From assembly GCA_040002315.1 (NCBI GenBank), contig JBDUEQ010000146.1, positions 6,009-70,008 on the forward strand: a DNA stretch of 64,000 nt, given 5' to 3'. A model generated the notes under the pieces. It saw only the letters and a program-made list of their open reading frames with translations, searched no databases and was not told the origin of the DNA. Each line of letters opens with the position of its first letter. Position 1 is the first letter of the stretch. The position numbers and the translations under genes are program-made. This document shows positions 1 through 9,569 of the stretch, in pieces. The DNA comes from Gammaproteobacteria bacterium (lineage in GTDB: Bacteria > Pseudomonadota > Gammaproteobacteria > Steroidobacterales > Steroidobacteraceae).

Positions 1-325
1 CGCCTAGCTGGAAGAAGACTTTCGGAGAATCGGGCTGAATCGCTAGTGCGCGCCGATAGTCGCCGACAGCGGCGGTAAAATGGCCCAGGCCCATCTCGCT
101 CGTGGCGAGCGCCCGCCATGCGGCGGCGTTGTTGGGATGGTTGGCGGTAATTTCTCTGAGGGACTTTGCGGCGCCGGCGGCATTGCCGTTCTGTAGTTGC
201 GACACAGCGCTCTCAAGCGTGGGTGGTGCGGTGCTAGGTGCGGCATTTGCGGTAAGCGCACAGCTTAAGGCCAGTCCCCAAGAGTAGTTGGGCGCCAAGA
301 AGATTCCTAAGAGGGTTGGGCGCAT
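1..325 (-). CDS. TPR-repeat protein, N-terminal part (gene runs off the left window edge)
   Basis: Absent from the ORF track because it has no stop inside the window. Reverse-strand ATG at 325-323, and the frame stays open to position 1 (no in-frame tta/cta/tca on the + strand). Hand translation: MRPTLLGIFLAPNYSWGLALSCALTANAAPST...NAAAWRALATSEMGLGHFTAAVGDYRRALAIQPDSPKVFFQLG. It has a signal-like N-terminus followed by canonical TPR spacing. Confidence 0.6.
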   Translation of the reverse strand, partial: MRPTLLGIFLAPNYSWGLALSCALTANAAPSTAPPTLESAVSQLQNGNAAGAAKSLREITANHPNNAAAWRALATSEMGLGHFTAAVGDYRRALAIQPDSPKVFFQLG

Positions 326-540
326 CTTTGTCAATGCTACGGCCAATCCGGAGGCGGCGTGGTGTAGATCTTGCTCAAAATGCCCGGAATTCAATCTTTG
401 AGCACATCGAGGCTGCGGAGGCGCGGCGCAAGCAGGGATTTGGTGCGACACTGCTTGAGGCGGCAGAGAAAGAGGCTCGACGACGGGCTGTCGGAGCATA
501 CTTCTCGCGACGTTCAGCCATTGGTGTCGTAGATGAGTAG
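316..540 (+). pseudogene. possible GNAT acetyltransferase remnant
   Basis: The 74-aa ORF carries only an acetyl-CoA motif-A-like stretch (RRKQGFGATLLEAAEKEARRR). There is no N-terminal half and the C-terminus ends abruptly. It has a TTG start with no obvious SD. Confidence 0.2.
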
Positions 541-693
541 TTTTCGAGTAATTTTCGAGAGGGCGTGTCGAAATCCGCCGGCCGCGTTCGTCATAGAGGG
601 TAGAAGCATCCGGCCGCAGGTGCAGCAGCGCACTCAATCATTCGACAAAGACAAAAGTTCCTTCCCGAAAACGCAGATGAAAGGAAAAACTCA

Positions 694-1059
694 ATGAGCA
701 CGACTACTACCTATCTCGCCGTATTCCTCGGCAGCAAAACCGGCCCGCGCCGGGCGGCCTGGGACGCCCTGCCCGAAGCTGATCGCCGAGCGGCCGAACG
801 ACAAGGCATGGCGGCCTGGAAAGCGTGGGTCGAAAAGCACGCCGCCGTCATAGTTGCCATGGGCGGGCCACTGGGGAAAACCAAGAAGATCACGCAGCGT
901 GGAATTGACGACACGAGCAATAACATGGGCGCGTTTACGGTTGTGCGCGCAGAATCGCACGACGCCGCCGCCAAGCTTTTCGTGGATCATCCGCACTTCA
1001 TGATTTTTCCCGGGGACTGCGTCGAGATCATGCCGGTGCTGCCCATACCTGGGGCTTAA
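694..1059 (+). CDS. small hypothetical protein, YCII/DGPF-like dimeric alpha-beta-barrel candidate
   Basis: The ATG is preceded by aaaggaaaa. The C-terminal half (GAFTVVRAESHDAAAKLFVDHPHF...VEIMPVLP) resembles YCII-type proteins. No catalytic motif was recognised. Confidence 0.5.
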   Translation: MSTTTTYLAVFLGSKTGPRRAAWDALPEADRRAAERQGMAAWKAWVEKHAAVIVAMGGPLGKTKKITQRGIDDTSNNMGAFTVVRAESHDAAAKLFVDHPHFMIFPGDCVEIMPVLPIPGA

Positions 1060-1268
1060 CGGCCGCCGGCGCAGGACTCGAGCAGGACTATATGATAGCC
1101 GGGATTCCGACCGCATCATTCTTCGACAGAAGCTGTGCGAAGAGGAAGCTTCGGTTCACACTGATGGCGAGTTCCGGCGCTACGGCATTATTAGGCGAAT
1201 TGCGGGTTACGCGAACAAGTTATCTTTTCCTGCTAACCTCACGGCTAAAGGAACCTTTAGGGGGGGGC

Positions 1269-2750
1269 GTGCTCAAAGTTGCGCTTGGGATTGTTTTGAT
1301 AGTCTGTGCGATCTCGGCGCCTGCCGAAACCGCGCCACAGATTACGCCGCTGATCGTGACCAACGTCACCCTGATCGACGGAACCGGCGCGGCACCTCGA
1401 GCGCATGTGACCGTGCGGATCGACGACGGTCACATCGCCGCTATCGAAGGGTCGTCAGCGACGGCGCCTGGCAATGCCGGTGGCGAGGTGATCGACGGCA
1501 CCGGCCGCTTTCTTGTCCCGGGGTTCTTCGACAATAACGCGCATCTGACCGTTTATGGCCAACCGGCGCGACGCGATACGTCGGCAAAATATGGCGATCG
1601 TAATGAGGAGCTGGCGCTGGAATTCGCGCAGCGTACGCTGAAGGCCGGCATCACAACATTGGTGGACAGCTATGGCGTGTTGCCGCCGTCAATAGTCGTT
1701 CGCAATAAGATCAACCAAGGCGAGGCGGTGGGTTCGAGGTTGCTGCTGGCGGGCAACATCCTCGGGTGGGGCGGGCCGTTCTCCATCACGTTCTCGCTGA
1801 CCAAGGACTCGGACCTGTCGATGTTCCAGGAAAAATGGGACGACCTCCTGGCGCAGGGCATGGGCGAAGAGTTGGCGGACATGACCCCGGAGGAACTTCG
1901 GACTGCGATGAACGGTTACCTCGACAAGGGGGTCGATGTCATCAAGTACGGCGGCACCAGCCATTTCATGCGGCCTTCCTTGATAGGCTTTTCGCCGAGG
2001 CAGCAGGCAGTCATCGTCGCCGAAGCGCATAAGAGAGGCAAACCGGTACAGACGCACGCGACCAGTTCTGAGGGGTTGCGACTGGCCGTGGAAGCGGGGA
2101 TTGACCTGATTCAGCATCCTGAAATGATGAGTCGAGACCTGCCGGATGACCTCATCCGCTTGATTGTATCCAAAGGCGTGTTCTGCGGCATGCGGGCTAA
2201 CCTTATCACCGGGGCGGCATGGAATCATCATCGGTCGCAGCGCGCCGAAATGGAAGTGCGAATTGCGAAACTACCTGCGGCCACGACTGCAGCAGAGCAT
2301 TGGCGGCGGGATGACATGCTGCAAGAGACTCTAGACATTCAGCGTAGGAATGCGGTGCGGCTCATCGCGGCAGGTTGCAAGGTCACGCCGGCGACTGACA
2401 GCTATTTGGGCGACGCCCCGGAATTTCGCCGCGTGGTAAAGACCGATGAGCTCGAGCCAGGCAGCGGTACTGTGCTTGCTATCGAAGGATTGGTGGAGCT
2501 GGGCATGACTCCCATGAAAGCTTTGGTCGCGGCAACCGCCAATGGCGCAGGAGCGGCGCTGCGCTCGAAGGATCTGGGAACCGTCGAGAAAGGTAAAGTC
2601 GCGGATCTTGTTCTGCTTACCGCTGATCCTTTGGCGGATATACACAACATTGAGAAGATCGCTGCCGTCATTGCCCAAGGCCGAAAAGTTGATTTGGCGC
2701 GGCTGCCGGAACACCCCATTTTCTATAAAAAGCCAAACGCTCCGGAATGA
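1269..2750 (+). CDS. secreted amidohydrolase-superfamily protein (non-canonical metal motif)
   Basis: The GTG at 1269 follows aaggaac and gives a signal peptide VLKVALGIVLIVCAISAPAET. The family-typical N-terminus is present (VTNVTLIDGTG...IDGTGRFLVPGFFD), along with C-terminal TPATDSY and GKVADLVLL. The usual HxH reads NAH here. Confidence 0.8.
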   Translation: MLKVALGIVLIVCAISAPAETAPQITPLIVTNVTLIDGTGAAPRAHVTVRIDDGHIAAIEGSSATAPGNAGGEVIDGTGRFLVPGFFDNNAHLTVYGQPARRDTSAKYGDRNEELALEFAQRTLKAGITTLVDSYGVLPPSIVVRNKINQGEAVGSRLLLAGNILGWGGPFSITFSLTKDSDLSMFQEKWDDLLAQGMGEELADMTPEELRTAMNGYLDKGVDVIKYGGTSHFMRPSLIGFSPRQQAVIVAEAHKRGKPVQTHATSSEGLRLAVEAGIDLIQHPEMMSRDLPDDLIRLIVSKGVFCGMRANLITGAAWNHHRSQRAEMEVRIAKLPAATTAAEHWRRDDMLQETLDIQRRNAVRLIAAGCKVTPATDSYLGDAPEFRRVVKTDELEPGSGTVLAIEGLVELGMTPMKALVAATANGAGAALRSKDLGTVEKGKVADLVLLTADPLADIHNIEKIAAVIAQGRKVDLARLPEHPIFYKKPNAPE

Positions 2751-2798
2751 CGCGCCACTCCAGTGCGGCATCCGCCACGGTCTTGCTAGGTGGCCGCC

Positions 2799-3785
2799 CT
2801 ATACCCGACGCGACCGAGTCTGTCGGTAAGCGCGCGGCGATTGACCGTAGGCTTTGCGGAATACCTTGCCAAAGTTGCCGGAATCCGCGAATCCCCACTT
2901 GTATGCAATCTCGGTAATGGTTTGATGATCGAGTTGCAGATTGGATAGATCGGAGCGACAACGCTCCAAGCGCCGCGCTCTAATCCAGTCCGAGACCGTG
3001 CTGCCTATTTCTCCGAACAGCATGTGCAGGTAACGTACCGAGACGTGATTAGCGGCGGCGATTCGAGTCGGCGTCAGATTTGGGTCTGCTAGATTTTCGA
3101 TGATGTATTCGCGCAGGCGGCGCAACGTCGCGTGACGCATGTTCGGACGCTTGCGGCAGGGCACAGAGCCCAGGGCTCTCGCCAGAAGATCGAGCGTGGG
3201 GTTCACGATCTGCACCGCATCGTACTCGTGCATGTTCCACAGCGCGTGGCCCAACGCTCGCAAGTGATTGGCGAACAATCCGCCGATTCCATGCGTGCAA
3301 GACAGCGCTACGCCAACATAGTCCTCAGCGTTCGGCATGAGAGACCGCATGAGAGAGGCGGGGACCATGAAGGTCAGCTTCTCGAGTGGATCCAACAGCG
3401 TAAATTCGATCCGGCGCTGCGAATCCCACAACACATATTCACCCGCGCGCAGCGTGACGTCGCGATCGTGGAAGCGCAGATACTCGACACCGGAGACCAC
3501 GTACAGCACGTTGAAGAAGTGGCCGTCGGTGCGACCGATGTCACCGATCGTCCGAATGCCGCTCAACGGGTCGCTATTGCAGTGAATGAGCTTGCAGCTG
3601 CCGAAGTCGTACTGACGCACCGCAGCCTCGCAGGTCTGCTGGCTGCGCGAAGTGATCGACCACGGTAGAAAGTACTGGCTGAGCGTGTTCGCCCAGGCAT
3701 CGTAGCGCTGACTTGCAGGGAATTGTCCCGCCGACCAAGCCTTTACAGGTGCCCGTGAATCCCCCGGGAGCGGATATGCAAGCAT
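2799..3785 (-). CDS. AraC-family transcriptional regulator
   Basis: C-terminal double HTH: IAAANHVSVRYLHMLF...ITEIAYKWGFADSGNFGKVFRKAYGQSPRAYR. It is divergent from the TonB-receptor operon. Confidence 0.9.
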   Translation of the reverse strand: MLAYPLPGDSRAPVKAWSAGQFPASQRYDAWANTLSQYFLPWSITSRSQQTCEAAVRQYDFGSCKLIHCNSDPLSGIRTIGDIGRTDGHFFNVLYVVSGVEYLRFHDRDVTLRAGEYVLWDSQRRIEFTLLDPLEKLTFMVPASLMRSLMPNAEDYVGVALSCTHGIGGLFANHLRALGHALWNMHEYDAVQIVNPTLDLLARALGSVPCRKRPNMRHATLRRLREYIIENLADPNLTPTRIAAANHVSVRYLHMLFGEIGSTVSDWIRARRLERCRSDLSNLQLDHQTITEIAYKWGFADSGNFGKVFRKAYGQSPRAYRQTRSRRV

Positions 3786-3835
3786 GCCCTAAAGCTTCGC
3801 TATTGTTGTAATCACGCCTACGTAGACTACACCAG

Positions 3836-3948
3836 GTCGACTCCCCGTCAACCGTGAGTTCCCTCTGAGACGGGTCGACATGCGCCCGCTACCAGGATTG
3901 GCCCGAATGCGACGCCTAGGCTAGCCAATACAACCAATTGATCATTGG
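3836..3948. promoter_or_regulatory. divergent AraC / TonB-receptor control region with a bulged hairpin and a CCAAT-N5-ATTGG palindrome
   Basis: GTCGAC-TCC-CCGTC (3836-3849) pairs with GACGG-GTCGAC (3869-3879). gCCAATacaaCCAATtgatcATTGG spans 3924-3948, directly upstream of the receptor SD (gggggac) and the ATG at 3967. Confidence 0.3.
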
Positions 3949-3966
3949 CTCTGAAGGGGGACGACT

Positions 3967-6198
3967 ATGTTTAAGGCTGGCGTGAGCATGCTTTGCTGCG
4001 TTTTGGCAGTGGGCCTATTGGGTGGCGCGCCGGAAACCTGGGCTCAGGCGGCTGCCGAGGAGTCTTCCGTAGGCCTCGAACCCATCCTCGTAACGGCGGA
4101 ACGGCGTACCACCGATGTGCAAAGAACGGCCGCCGCGGTGACCGCATATTCCGACGAGGACCTGACAGAACGAACCATCGTCGGAATCGGCGACATGGCC
4201 AACGCGAATGCCAGCCTGTTGGTCAGCCTGTTTCAGGGCGAGGCGCAAATCTATATCCGAGGCATCGGCTACTCCTCGGTGATAGGCGGCTCAGACAGTT
4301 CGACCGCGTTTCATTCGGATGGTGTTTACATCTCCCGCAGTGCCGGCGCGGTGCCCGCGTTTCTCGACGTCGAGCGCGTTGAAGTGCTGCGCGGTCCGCA
4401 GGGCACCTTGTACGGCCGCAACGCCACCGGCGGGTCGGTGAACGTGATATCTAAAGGACCGACCAACGATTTTGAGGCGGAAGGCCGGCTCGATGTTGGG
4501 AACTATGATGCCTACCGGGTAATGGGCGCCATCGGTGGGCCGTTGAATGATCGCATCGGCGTGCGCATCGCCGTGGAGCACGATTCGCACAAGGGCTATA
4601 CCACGCTATACCGGCCGATTGTGGATCCCGCGGGATTAGGTTCCGTCAAGAGTGACGCCGAGGACCAGGATGCGTGGATGGCGCGCATCACTGTCACCGC
4701 AAGAATCCTCGACACCTTGAATGCCACCATCAAGGCCGACTACTACGAAGCGAATGACGATGGAGTGGTGTGGCATTACTTTGGGCCGGGCACGTCGACA
4801 GACCCTGTTTACCAGGCTCTGGTGCCGCCCTCCATTCGATCCGCACCCTATGCCCGCAGCTACGGCTCGGACATACAGGGTTTCAATAAGCCCTACAGCG
4901 AGGGTATCTCCGGAAAACTGGTGTGGAATATTGACGATTATGCCTTGAGCTCCCTGAGCGCCTACCGGAAGACCCGCCCCTACAACCGTGACGATCTCGA
5001 CGTGTCTCCGGTATTCGGCGTGGATCAATTGCGCGAGGAGGACCAGCACCAGTTCTCGCAGGAGTTTCAGCTCAGCTCACCCAACAGCGGATTTTTTCAA
5101 TGGATTTTGGGCGCGTACTACTTCGACGAAGCCAATCCTATTCGCAATGAATATTTTCTGCCCTTTACCAATGCGCTTTTCGGGCTGCCTAATACCCCGG
5201 ATTGCTGTCTTCTAAAGCTCAACGGTAAGACTACCACCCAAGCTTACGCGGGCTTTGGCGAGGGCACGATCTACTTTACCGAAAAGCTTCAACTCGTGGT
5301 GGGTGGCCGCTACAGCAGCGAGCTGCGCGGCGGCGGTAACGACGTAGTGTTCGTCAATGCGCCGGTAACGGCGTTCGACAACGTGGCGTCATTCGCAGAC
5401 ACGCGATTCAACTCGTTTACTCCCAAGTTGGGCCTGAACTATGAACTCAACGCTAACACCTTTCTGTATGCGTCGGCGTCGAAGGGATTCAAGTCCGGCG
5501 GCTTCAATCCGGGCAGCTACCAGAACGATCCCTACAAGCCGGAGCAGATCTGGGACTACGAGGCGGGTGTCAAGCTCACCCTGTTCGATCGCCGGCTGCG
5601 CCTGAACACGGCGGTATTTTATTACGATTACACCGATCTGCAGGTACAGGATGTACAGAACAACAACGTCATTATTCGAAATGCCGCCAAGGCCAAGGTC
5701 GAAGGCCTCGAACTCGAATCCTCGTGGCTCGCGACACAGGCATTTCGCATCGACGCCAACCTTACCTGGCTGGACGCCGAATTCACCGATGGCGCCTTGC
5801 TTGATCCTAAATACCCCGCACTCGGCGTACAGCAGCTGAGCGGCAAGAAGCTGCCGCGTGCGCCCGATTTGAAGGCGACGCTGGGCGCGCAGTATCAATT
5901 CGATTTGCGCGACCAGAGTGGTATCACCTTGCGCGTCGACTACGCCTGGCAGGACAGGATTTACTTCTCGGCCTTCAATGTGCAGGATTTGTCTGAGCGC
6001 AGCTACGGGTGGCTCAAGGGGCGGGCCACCTATACCGGAACCTCGGGCAAGTGGAATGTGGCGGCCTACATCGATAATGCCACCAATGAAGTCGTGGCCA
6101 CCAACAAAATCTTCAACGGCGACATCATCGGCTCCACGGTGCTCGGCAGTCTGGCGCCGCCCCGTACCTTCGGTGTCGAGTTCAATGTCCGTTATTGA
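3967..6198 (+). CDS. TonB-dependent receptor
   Basis: Signal peptide ...GGAPETWAQ. Plug motifs LEPILVTAERR and VEVLRGPQGTLYGRNATGGSVNV. Long beta-barrel body with a C-terminal aromatic residue (FGVEFNVRY). Confidence 0.9.
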   Translation: MFKAGVSMLCCVLAVGLLGGAPETWAQAAAEESSVGLEPILVTAERRTTDVQRTAAAVTAYSDEDLTERTIVGIGDMANANASLLVSLFQGEAQIYIRGIGYSSVIGGSDSSTAFHSDGVYISRSAGAVPAFLDVERVEVLRGPQGTLYGRNATGGSVNVISKGPTNDFEAEGRLDVGNYDAYRVMGAIGGPLNDRIGVRIAVEHDSHKGYTTLYRPIVDPAGLGSVKSDAEDQDAWMARITVTARILDTLNATIKADYYEANDDGVVWHYFGPGTSTDPVYQALVPPSIRSAPYARSYGSDIQGFNKPYSEGISGKLVWNIDDYALSSLSAYRKTRPYNRDDLDVSPVFGVDQLREEDQHQFSQEFQLSSPNSGFFQWILGAYYFDEANPIRNEYFLPFTNALFGLPNTPDCCLLKLNGKTTTQAYAGFGEGTIYFTEKLQLVVGGRYSSELRGGGNDVVFVNAPVTAFDNVASFADTRFNSFTPKLGLNYELNANTFLYASASKGFKSGGFNPGSYQNDPYKPEQIWDYEAGVKLTLFDRRLRLNTAVFYYDYTDLQVQDVQNNNVIIRNAAKAKVEGLELESSWLATQAFRIDANLTWLDAEFTDGALLDPKYPALGVQQLSGKKLPRAPDLKATLGAQYQFDLRDQSGITLRVDYAWQDRIYFSAFNVQDLSERSYGWLKGRATYTGTSGKWNVAAYIDNATNEVVATNKIFNGDIIGSTVLGSLAPPRTFGVEFNVRY

Positions 6199-6255
6199 AG
6201 TCGGCAGCACGCAACGGGCGAGCGCGTGACCAATAGAATCACAGGGAGACCGATC

Positions 6256-6660
6256 ATGACTGACCTCAACATACCGGAAGTAATGCGCGACGGTGCGGAC
6301 CTTGAGTGGGTGCCCGTCGTTGCGGGCATCGATTTGAAGCGTCTGTTTACCAGTCCCGAGACCGGCCGATGGACGGTATTGTTCCGCTGCCAACCGGGCA
6401 GTTTCATTCCGCGCCACAAGCACTTGGGCGCAGGAGAGTACTTCATGCTCAAGGGCCGCATGGACTATCGCATGGGAACCGCGCTTGCCGGCGTATACGG
6501 CTACGAGCCGATCGGCTCAGTGCACGACATGACCAGCTTTCCGGAATATACCGAATTGCTTTTCACCAACTTCGGTCCCGTGCTGTTCTTAAACGCCGAC
6601 GACAGTATCGCCTCGGTGCTCGACTATGAATTGGTAGACAAGCTGGCGACTGCGGCCTGA
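6256..6660 (+). CDS. cupin-domain protein (ChrR-like cupin / 2,4'-dihydroxyacetophenone dioxygenase-like family)
   Basis: The ATG at 6256 follows gggag. Cupin metal motif GSFIPRHKHLGAGEYFMLKG...GSVHD. The protein is about 134 aa. Confidence 0.65.
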   Translation: MTDLNIPEVMRDGADLEWVPVVAGIDLKRLFTSPETGRWTVLFRCQPGSFIPRHKHLGAGEYFMLKGRMDYRMGTALAGVYGYEPIGSVHDMTSFPEYTELLFTNFGPVLFLNADDSIASVLDYELVDKLATAA

Positions 6661-6669
6661 ATCCCAGCG

Positions 6670-8586
6670 ATGACAGCCTTCGCGGCCACCTATCAAGCCA
6701 GCATTGAGGACCCCGCCCGGTTTTGGGCTGAGGCGGCGAGCGCCGTCAGCTGGTATCAGGCACCCAAGGAGACCTTTAAACGCAAGGCTTGTGGTCTGGC
6801 GGAGTGGTTTCCGGACGCGACCTTAAACACCTGCTTCAACGCCCTCGATCGGCATGTAATGGCGGGGCGCGGCGATCAACCGGCATTGATCTACGATAGT
6901 CCGCTCACCGGCACAACAAGACGCTTTACCTACCGGGAACTGCAGCACGATGTTGCGCGATTCGCTGGTGTGCTGCGCGAGTTGGGTGTGTGCCGCGGCG
7001 ATCGCGTGGTCGTTTATCTGCCGATGATCCCCGAGGCCGTGGTCGCCATGCTGGCCTGTGCGCGCATCGGTGCGGTGCATTGCGTTGTGTTCGGCGGCTT
7101 TGCCGCACCCGAACTCGCCAAGCGCATCGATGATGCCAAGCCGCGCGTGGTGTTGAGCGCGTCCTGCGGCATCGAGCCCAAGGGCGTCGTGGCGTACAAG
7201 CCCCTGTTGGACGCCGCGCTTGAGAAGGCGGCACATCAGGTGACTAGCATCTTGATCTTGCAGCGGCGTGAGTTACGCGCTGAACTTCATCGTCCGCGCG
7301 ATCTTGATTGGCACGACGCGGTAGCCCGTGCGGCGCCGGCTGCCTGCGTGCCGGTCGGGGCGAGCGATCCTTTGTACATTCTCTATACCTCCGGCACTAC
7401 GGGGATTCCGAAGGGCGTGGTGCGCGATAACGGCGGCCACGCGGTGGCGTTGGCTTGGAGCCTACGCCATGTGTTTGGCATGGAGCCGGGCGAGATTTTC
7501 TGGGCTGCCTCGGATATCGGCTGGGTGGTAGGGCACAGCTACATCGTGTACGCCCCGCTCATCGCCGGCTGCACGACCATTCTCTACGAAGGCAAGCCGG
7601 TGGCAACACCGGATGCGGGCGCCTTTTGGCGAGTAATTCGCGAGCATCGGGTGCAGGTGCTATTTACATCGCCGACGGCACTGCGTGCCATCAAGCGCGA
7701 AGATCCGCAAGGGTTGCAGCTCCAATCCGGCGTGGGACGGCTGCGCGCCGTTTTCCTGGCCGGCGAACGCGCGGATCCTGACACGGTGCGCTGGGCGGAA
7801 GGCCATTGCCAAGTACCCGTAATCGACAATTGGTGGCAGACCGAACTGGGTTGGCCGGCATTAGCCACCTGCTTAGGGTTGGGCGAACGAGCGGTGCGGC
7901 ACGGAAGCGCGGGACACGCGGTGCCCGGCTATCAATTCGCGGTATTGAATTCCCAGAGCGAGCCTCAAGCGCCGTGTGTCGTCGGCGACATATGCATTCG
8001 ATTGCCGTTGCCGCCAGGATGCCTTGCGACCCTGTGGAAGAACGACGCAGGGCTCGCTGCGAGCTACCTTGCCGCCCATTCTGGATTCTATCTCACGGGT
8101 GATGCGGGTTTCATCGACGTCGAGGGCTTCGTGCATGTCATGAGCCGCGTCGATGACATTATCAACGTGGCAGGACATCGGCTCTCCAGCGGCGGCATCG
8201 AACAAGTCATGGCCGAACATGCCGACGTGGCCGAATGCGCGGTCATCGGTGCCGCCGATGCCATCAAGGGAATGGTGCCGGTGGGCTTGCTGGTACTGAA
8301 ATCCGGCGTAACGCGCGCTTCCGCGGACGTCATCGCAGAGGTCGCGCGCATGATCCGCGATGCGATAGGCGCCATCGCGGCCTGCAAGACTATCGTCATT
8401 GTGGAAAAGTTGCCAAAGACCCGCTCGGGCAAAATTCTGCGCTCCGTGATTCGCCGCATCGCCGACGGCGAATCCTTCGCTACTCCGGCCACCATCGAAG
8501 ATCCGCAGGCCCTCGACGGCGTGTCCGAGGCGCTGCGCGCAGTGGGCTACAACCAGACGGAGGTGAATCGTGCCAGCGGAACGTGA
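6670..8586 (+). CDS. AMP-forming acyl-CoA synthetase (acetyl/propionyl-CoA synthetase-like)
   Basis: ACS-type N-terminus (IEDPARFWAEAA...WYQ). AMP-binding core YTSGTTGIPKG. C-terminal motif LPKTRSGKILR. Confidence 0.85.
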   Translation: MTAFAATYQASIEDPARFWAEAASAVSWYQAPKETFKRKACGLAEWFPDATLNTCFNALDRHVMAGRGDQPALIYDSPLTGTTRRFTYRELQHDVARFAGVLRELGVCRGDRVVVYLPMIPEAVVAMLACARIGAVHCVVFGGFAAPELAKRIDDAKPRVVLSASCGIEPKGVVAYKPLLDAALEKAAHQVTSILILQRRELRAELHRPRDLDWHDAVARAAPAACVPVGASDPLYILYTSGTTGIPKGVVRDNGGHAVALAWSLRHVFGMEPGEIFWAASDIGWVVGHSYIVYAPLIAGCTTILYEGKPVATPDAGAFWRVIREHRVQVLFTSPTALRAIKREDPQGLQLQSGVGRLRAVFLAGERADPDTVRWAEGHCQVPVIDNWWQTELGWPALATCLGLGERAVRHGSAGHAVPGYQFAVLNSQSEPQAPCVVGDICIRLPLPPGCLATLWKNDAGLAASYLAAHSGFYLTGDAGFIDVEGFVHVMSRVDDIINVAGHRLSSGGIEQVMAEHADVAECAVIGAADAIKGMVPVGLLVLKSGVTRASADVIAEVARMIRDAIGAIAACKTIVIVEKLPKTRSGKILRSVIRRIADGESFATPATIEDPQALDGVSEALRAVGYNQTEVNRASGT

Positions 8587-9553
8587 CGTGCGACTTAGGA
8601 TGTATGAGCAAATGGTTACGAGCCGCTATTTCGAGGAGGCCATTAAGTTGGCATATCTTGAGGGCAAGCAGCCGCTGTTCAACATGGCTAAGGGACCTAT
8701 TCCTGGGGAAATGCATTTATCGAGCGGCCAGGAGCCTTGCGCGGTAGGGGTGTGCGCGCATCTGCGCCACGACGATTCCGTGACAGCGACGCATCGCGCG
8801 CATCACATCGCCATTGCCAAGGGTGTTGCGCTCAATGCCATGACTGCTGAGATTTTCGGCAAGCGCGATGGATTGTCCGGCGGGCGCGGCGGCCATATGC
8901 ATCTGTTCGACTCGGCCGTCAATTTCTGCTGCTCTGGGATCGTGGCGCAAGGCATGGGGCCGGCCGTGGGGGCAGCGCTGGCTGCGAAGCTTGCGGGCAG
9001 CGACGCGGTAGCGGTGAGCTTTATCGGCGAAGGCGCCGCCAATCAAGGTGCGTTTCACGAATCCCTAAATCTCGCCGCGGTATGGAAGGCGCCGGTGATA
9101 TTCGTCATCGAAGATAACGCCTGGGGCATCTCCGTGGCGAAGCGCACTTCCACGGCCATCGCGCGAAACTCCGATCGTGCGGCGGCCTACGGTATGCCGG
9201 GCCGCTTCGTCCCGGACAATGACATCGATGCCATTTACGACGCGGCGGGCGATGCAGTTCATCGAGCGCGCGCCGGCGGCGGACCGACCCTGATCGAGAT
9301 CGAGACCTGGCGCCTGGAGGGGCATTTCATGGGCGACGCGGAGGGCTATCGGCCTGGCGGCGAGGTAGCCGACCTGCAGGCGCGCGATCCTCTGATCGTG
9401 TACCGCCGGCGACTTGCCGATGCCGGAATATCCGTGGTGGAATTTGAGTCGATTGAACGCCGCGCCGGGCGCGCGGTTGCGGACGCACTGGAATTCGCGC
9501 GCAAGTCTGACTATCCCGCCGTCGAGTCCGCGTTCGAAACCGTCTTCAGCTGA
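8570..9553 (+). CDS. TPP-dependent 2-oxoacid/acetoin dehydrogenase E1 alpha subunit
   Basis: GTG start 6 nt after GGAGG, overlapping the synthetase end by 17 nt. TPP motif GEGAANQGAFHESLNLAAVWKAPVIFVIEDNAWGIS. Confidence 0.85.
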   Translation: MPAERDVRLRMYEQMVTSRYFEEAIKLAYLEGKQPLFNMAKGPIPGEMHLSSGQEPCAVGVCAHLRHDDSVTATHRAHHIAIAKGVALNAMTAEIFGKRDGLSGGRGGHMHLFDSAVNFCCSGIVAQGMGPAVGAALAAKLAGSDAVAVSFIGEGAANQGAFHESLNLAAVWKAPVIFVIEDNAWGISVAKRTSTAIARNSDRAAAYGMPGRFVPDNDIDAIYDAAGDAVHRARAGGGPTLIEIETWRLEGHFMGDAEGYRPGGEVADLQARDPLIVYRRRLADAGISVVEFESIERRAGRAVADALEFARKSDYPAVESAFETVFS

Positions 9554-9569
9554 AACTGGGAGAGAGTCA

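Noticed and set aside
3786-3966. Possible riboswitch (for example cobalamin) in front of the TonB-dependent receptor
   Set aside because: No B12-box-like GCCACTG core or other riboswitch consensus was recognisable. The region is a divergent promoter shared with an AraC regulator, so protein-mediated control is the simpler explanation. An Rfam scan would settle it.
5389-6423. 344-aa reverse-strand ORF inside the TonB-dependent receptor gene
   Set aside because: It is fully antisense to a gene with strong family motifs. The composition is Arg/Gly/Ala-rich, typical of GC-rich mirror frames, and no recognisable domain is present.
9414-9569. 52-codon upstream extension of the E1 beta ORF
   Set aside because: It overlaps the E1 alpha 3' end. 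An SD (gggagagag) precedes the ATG at 9570.
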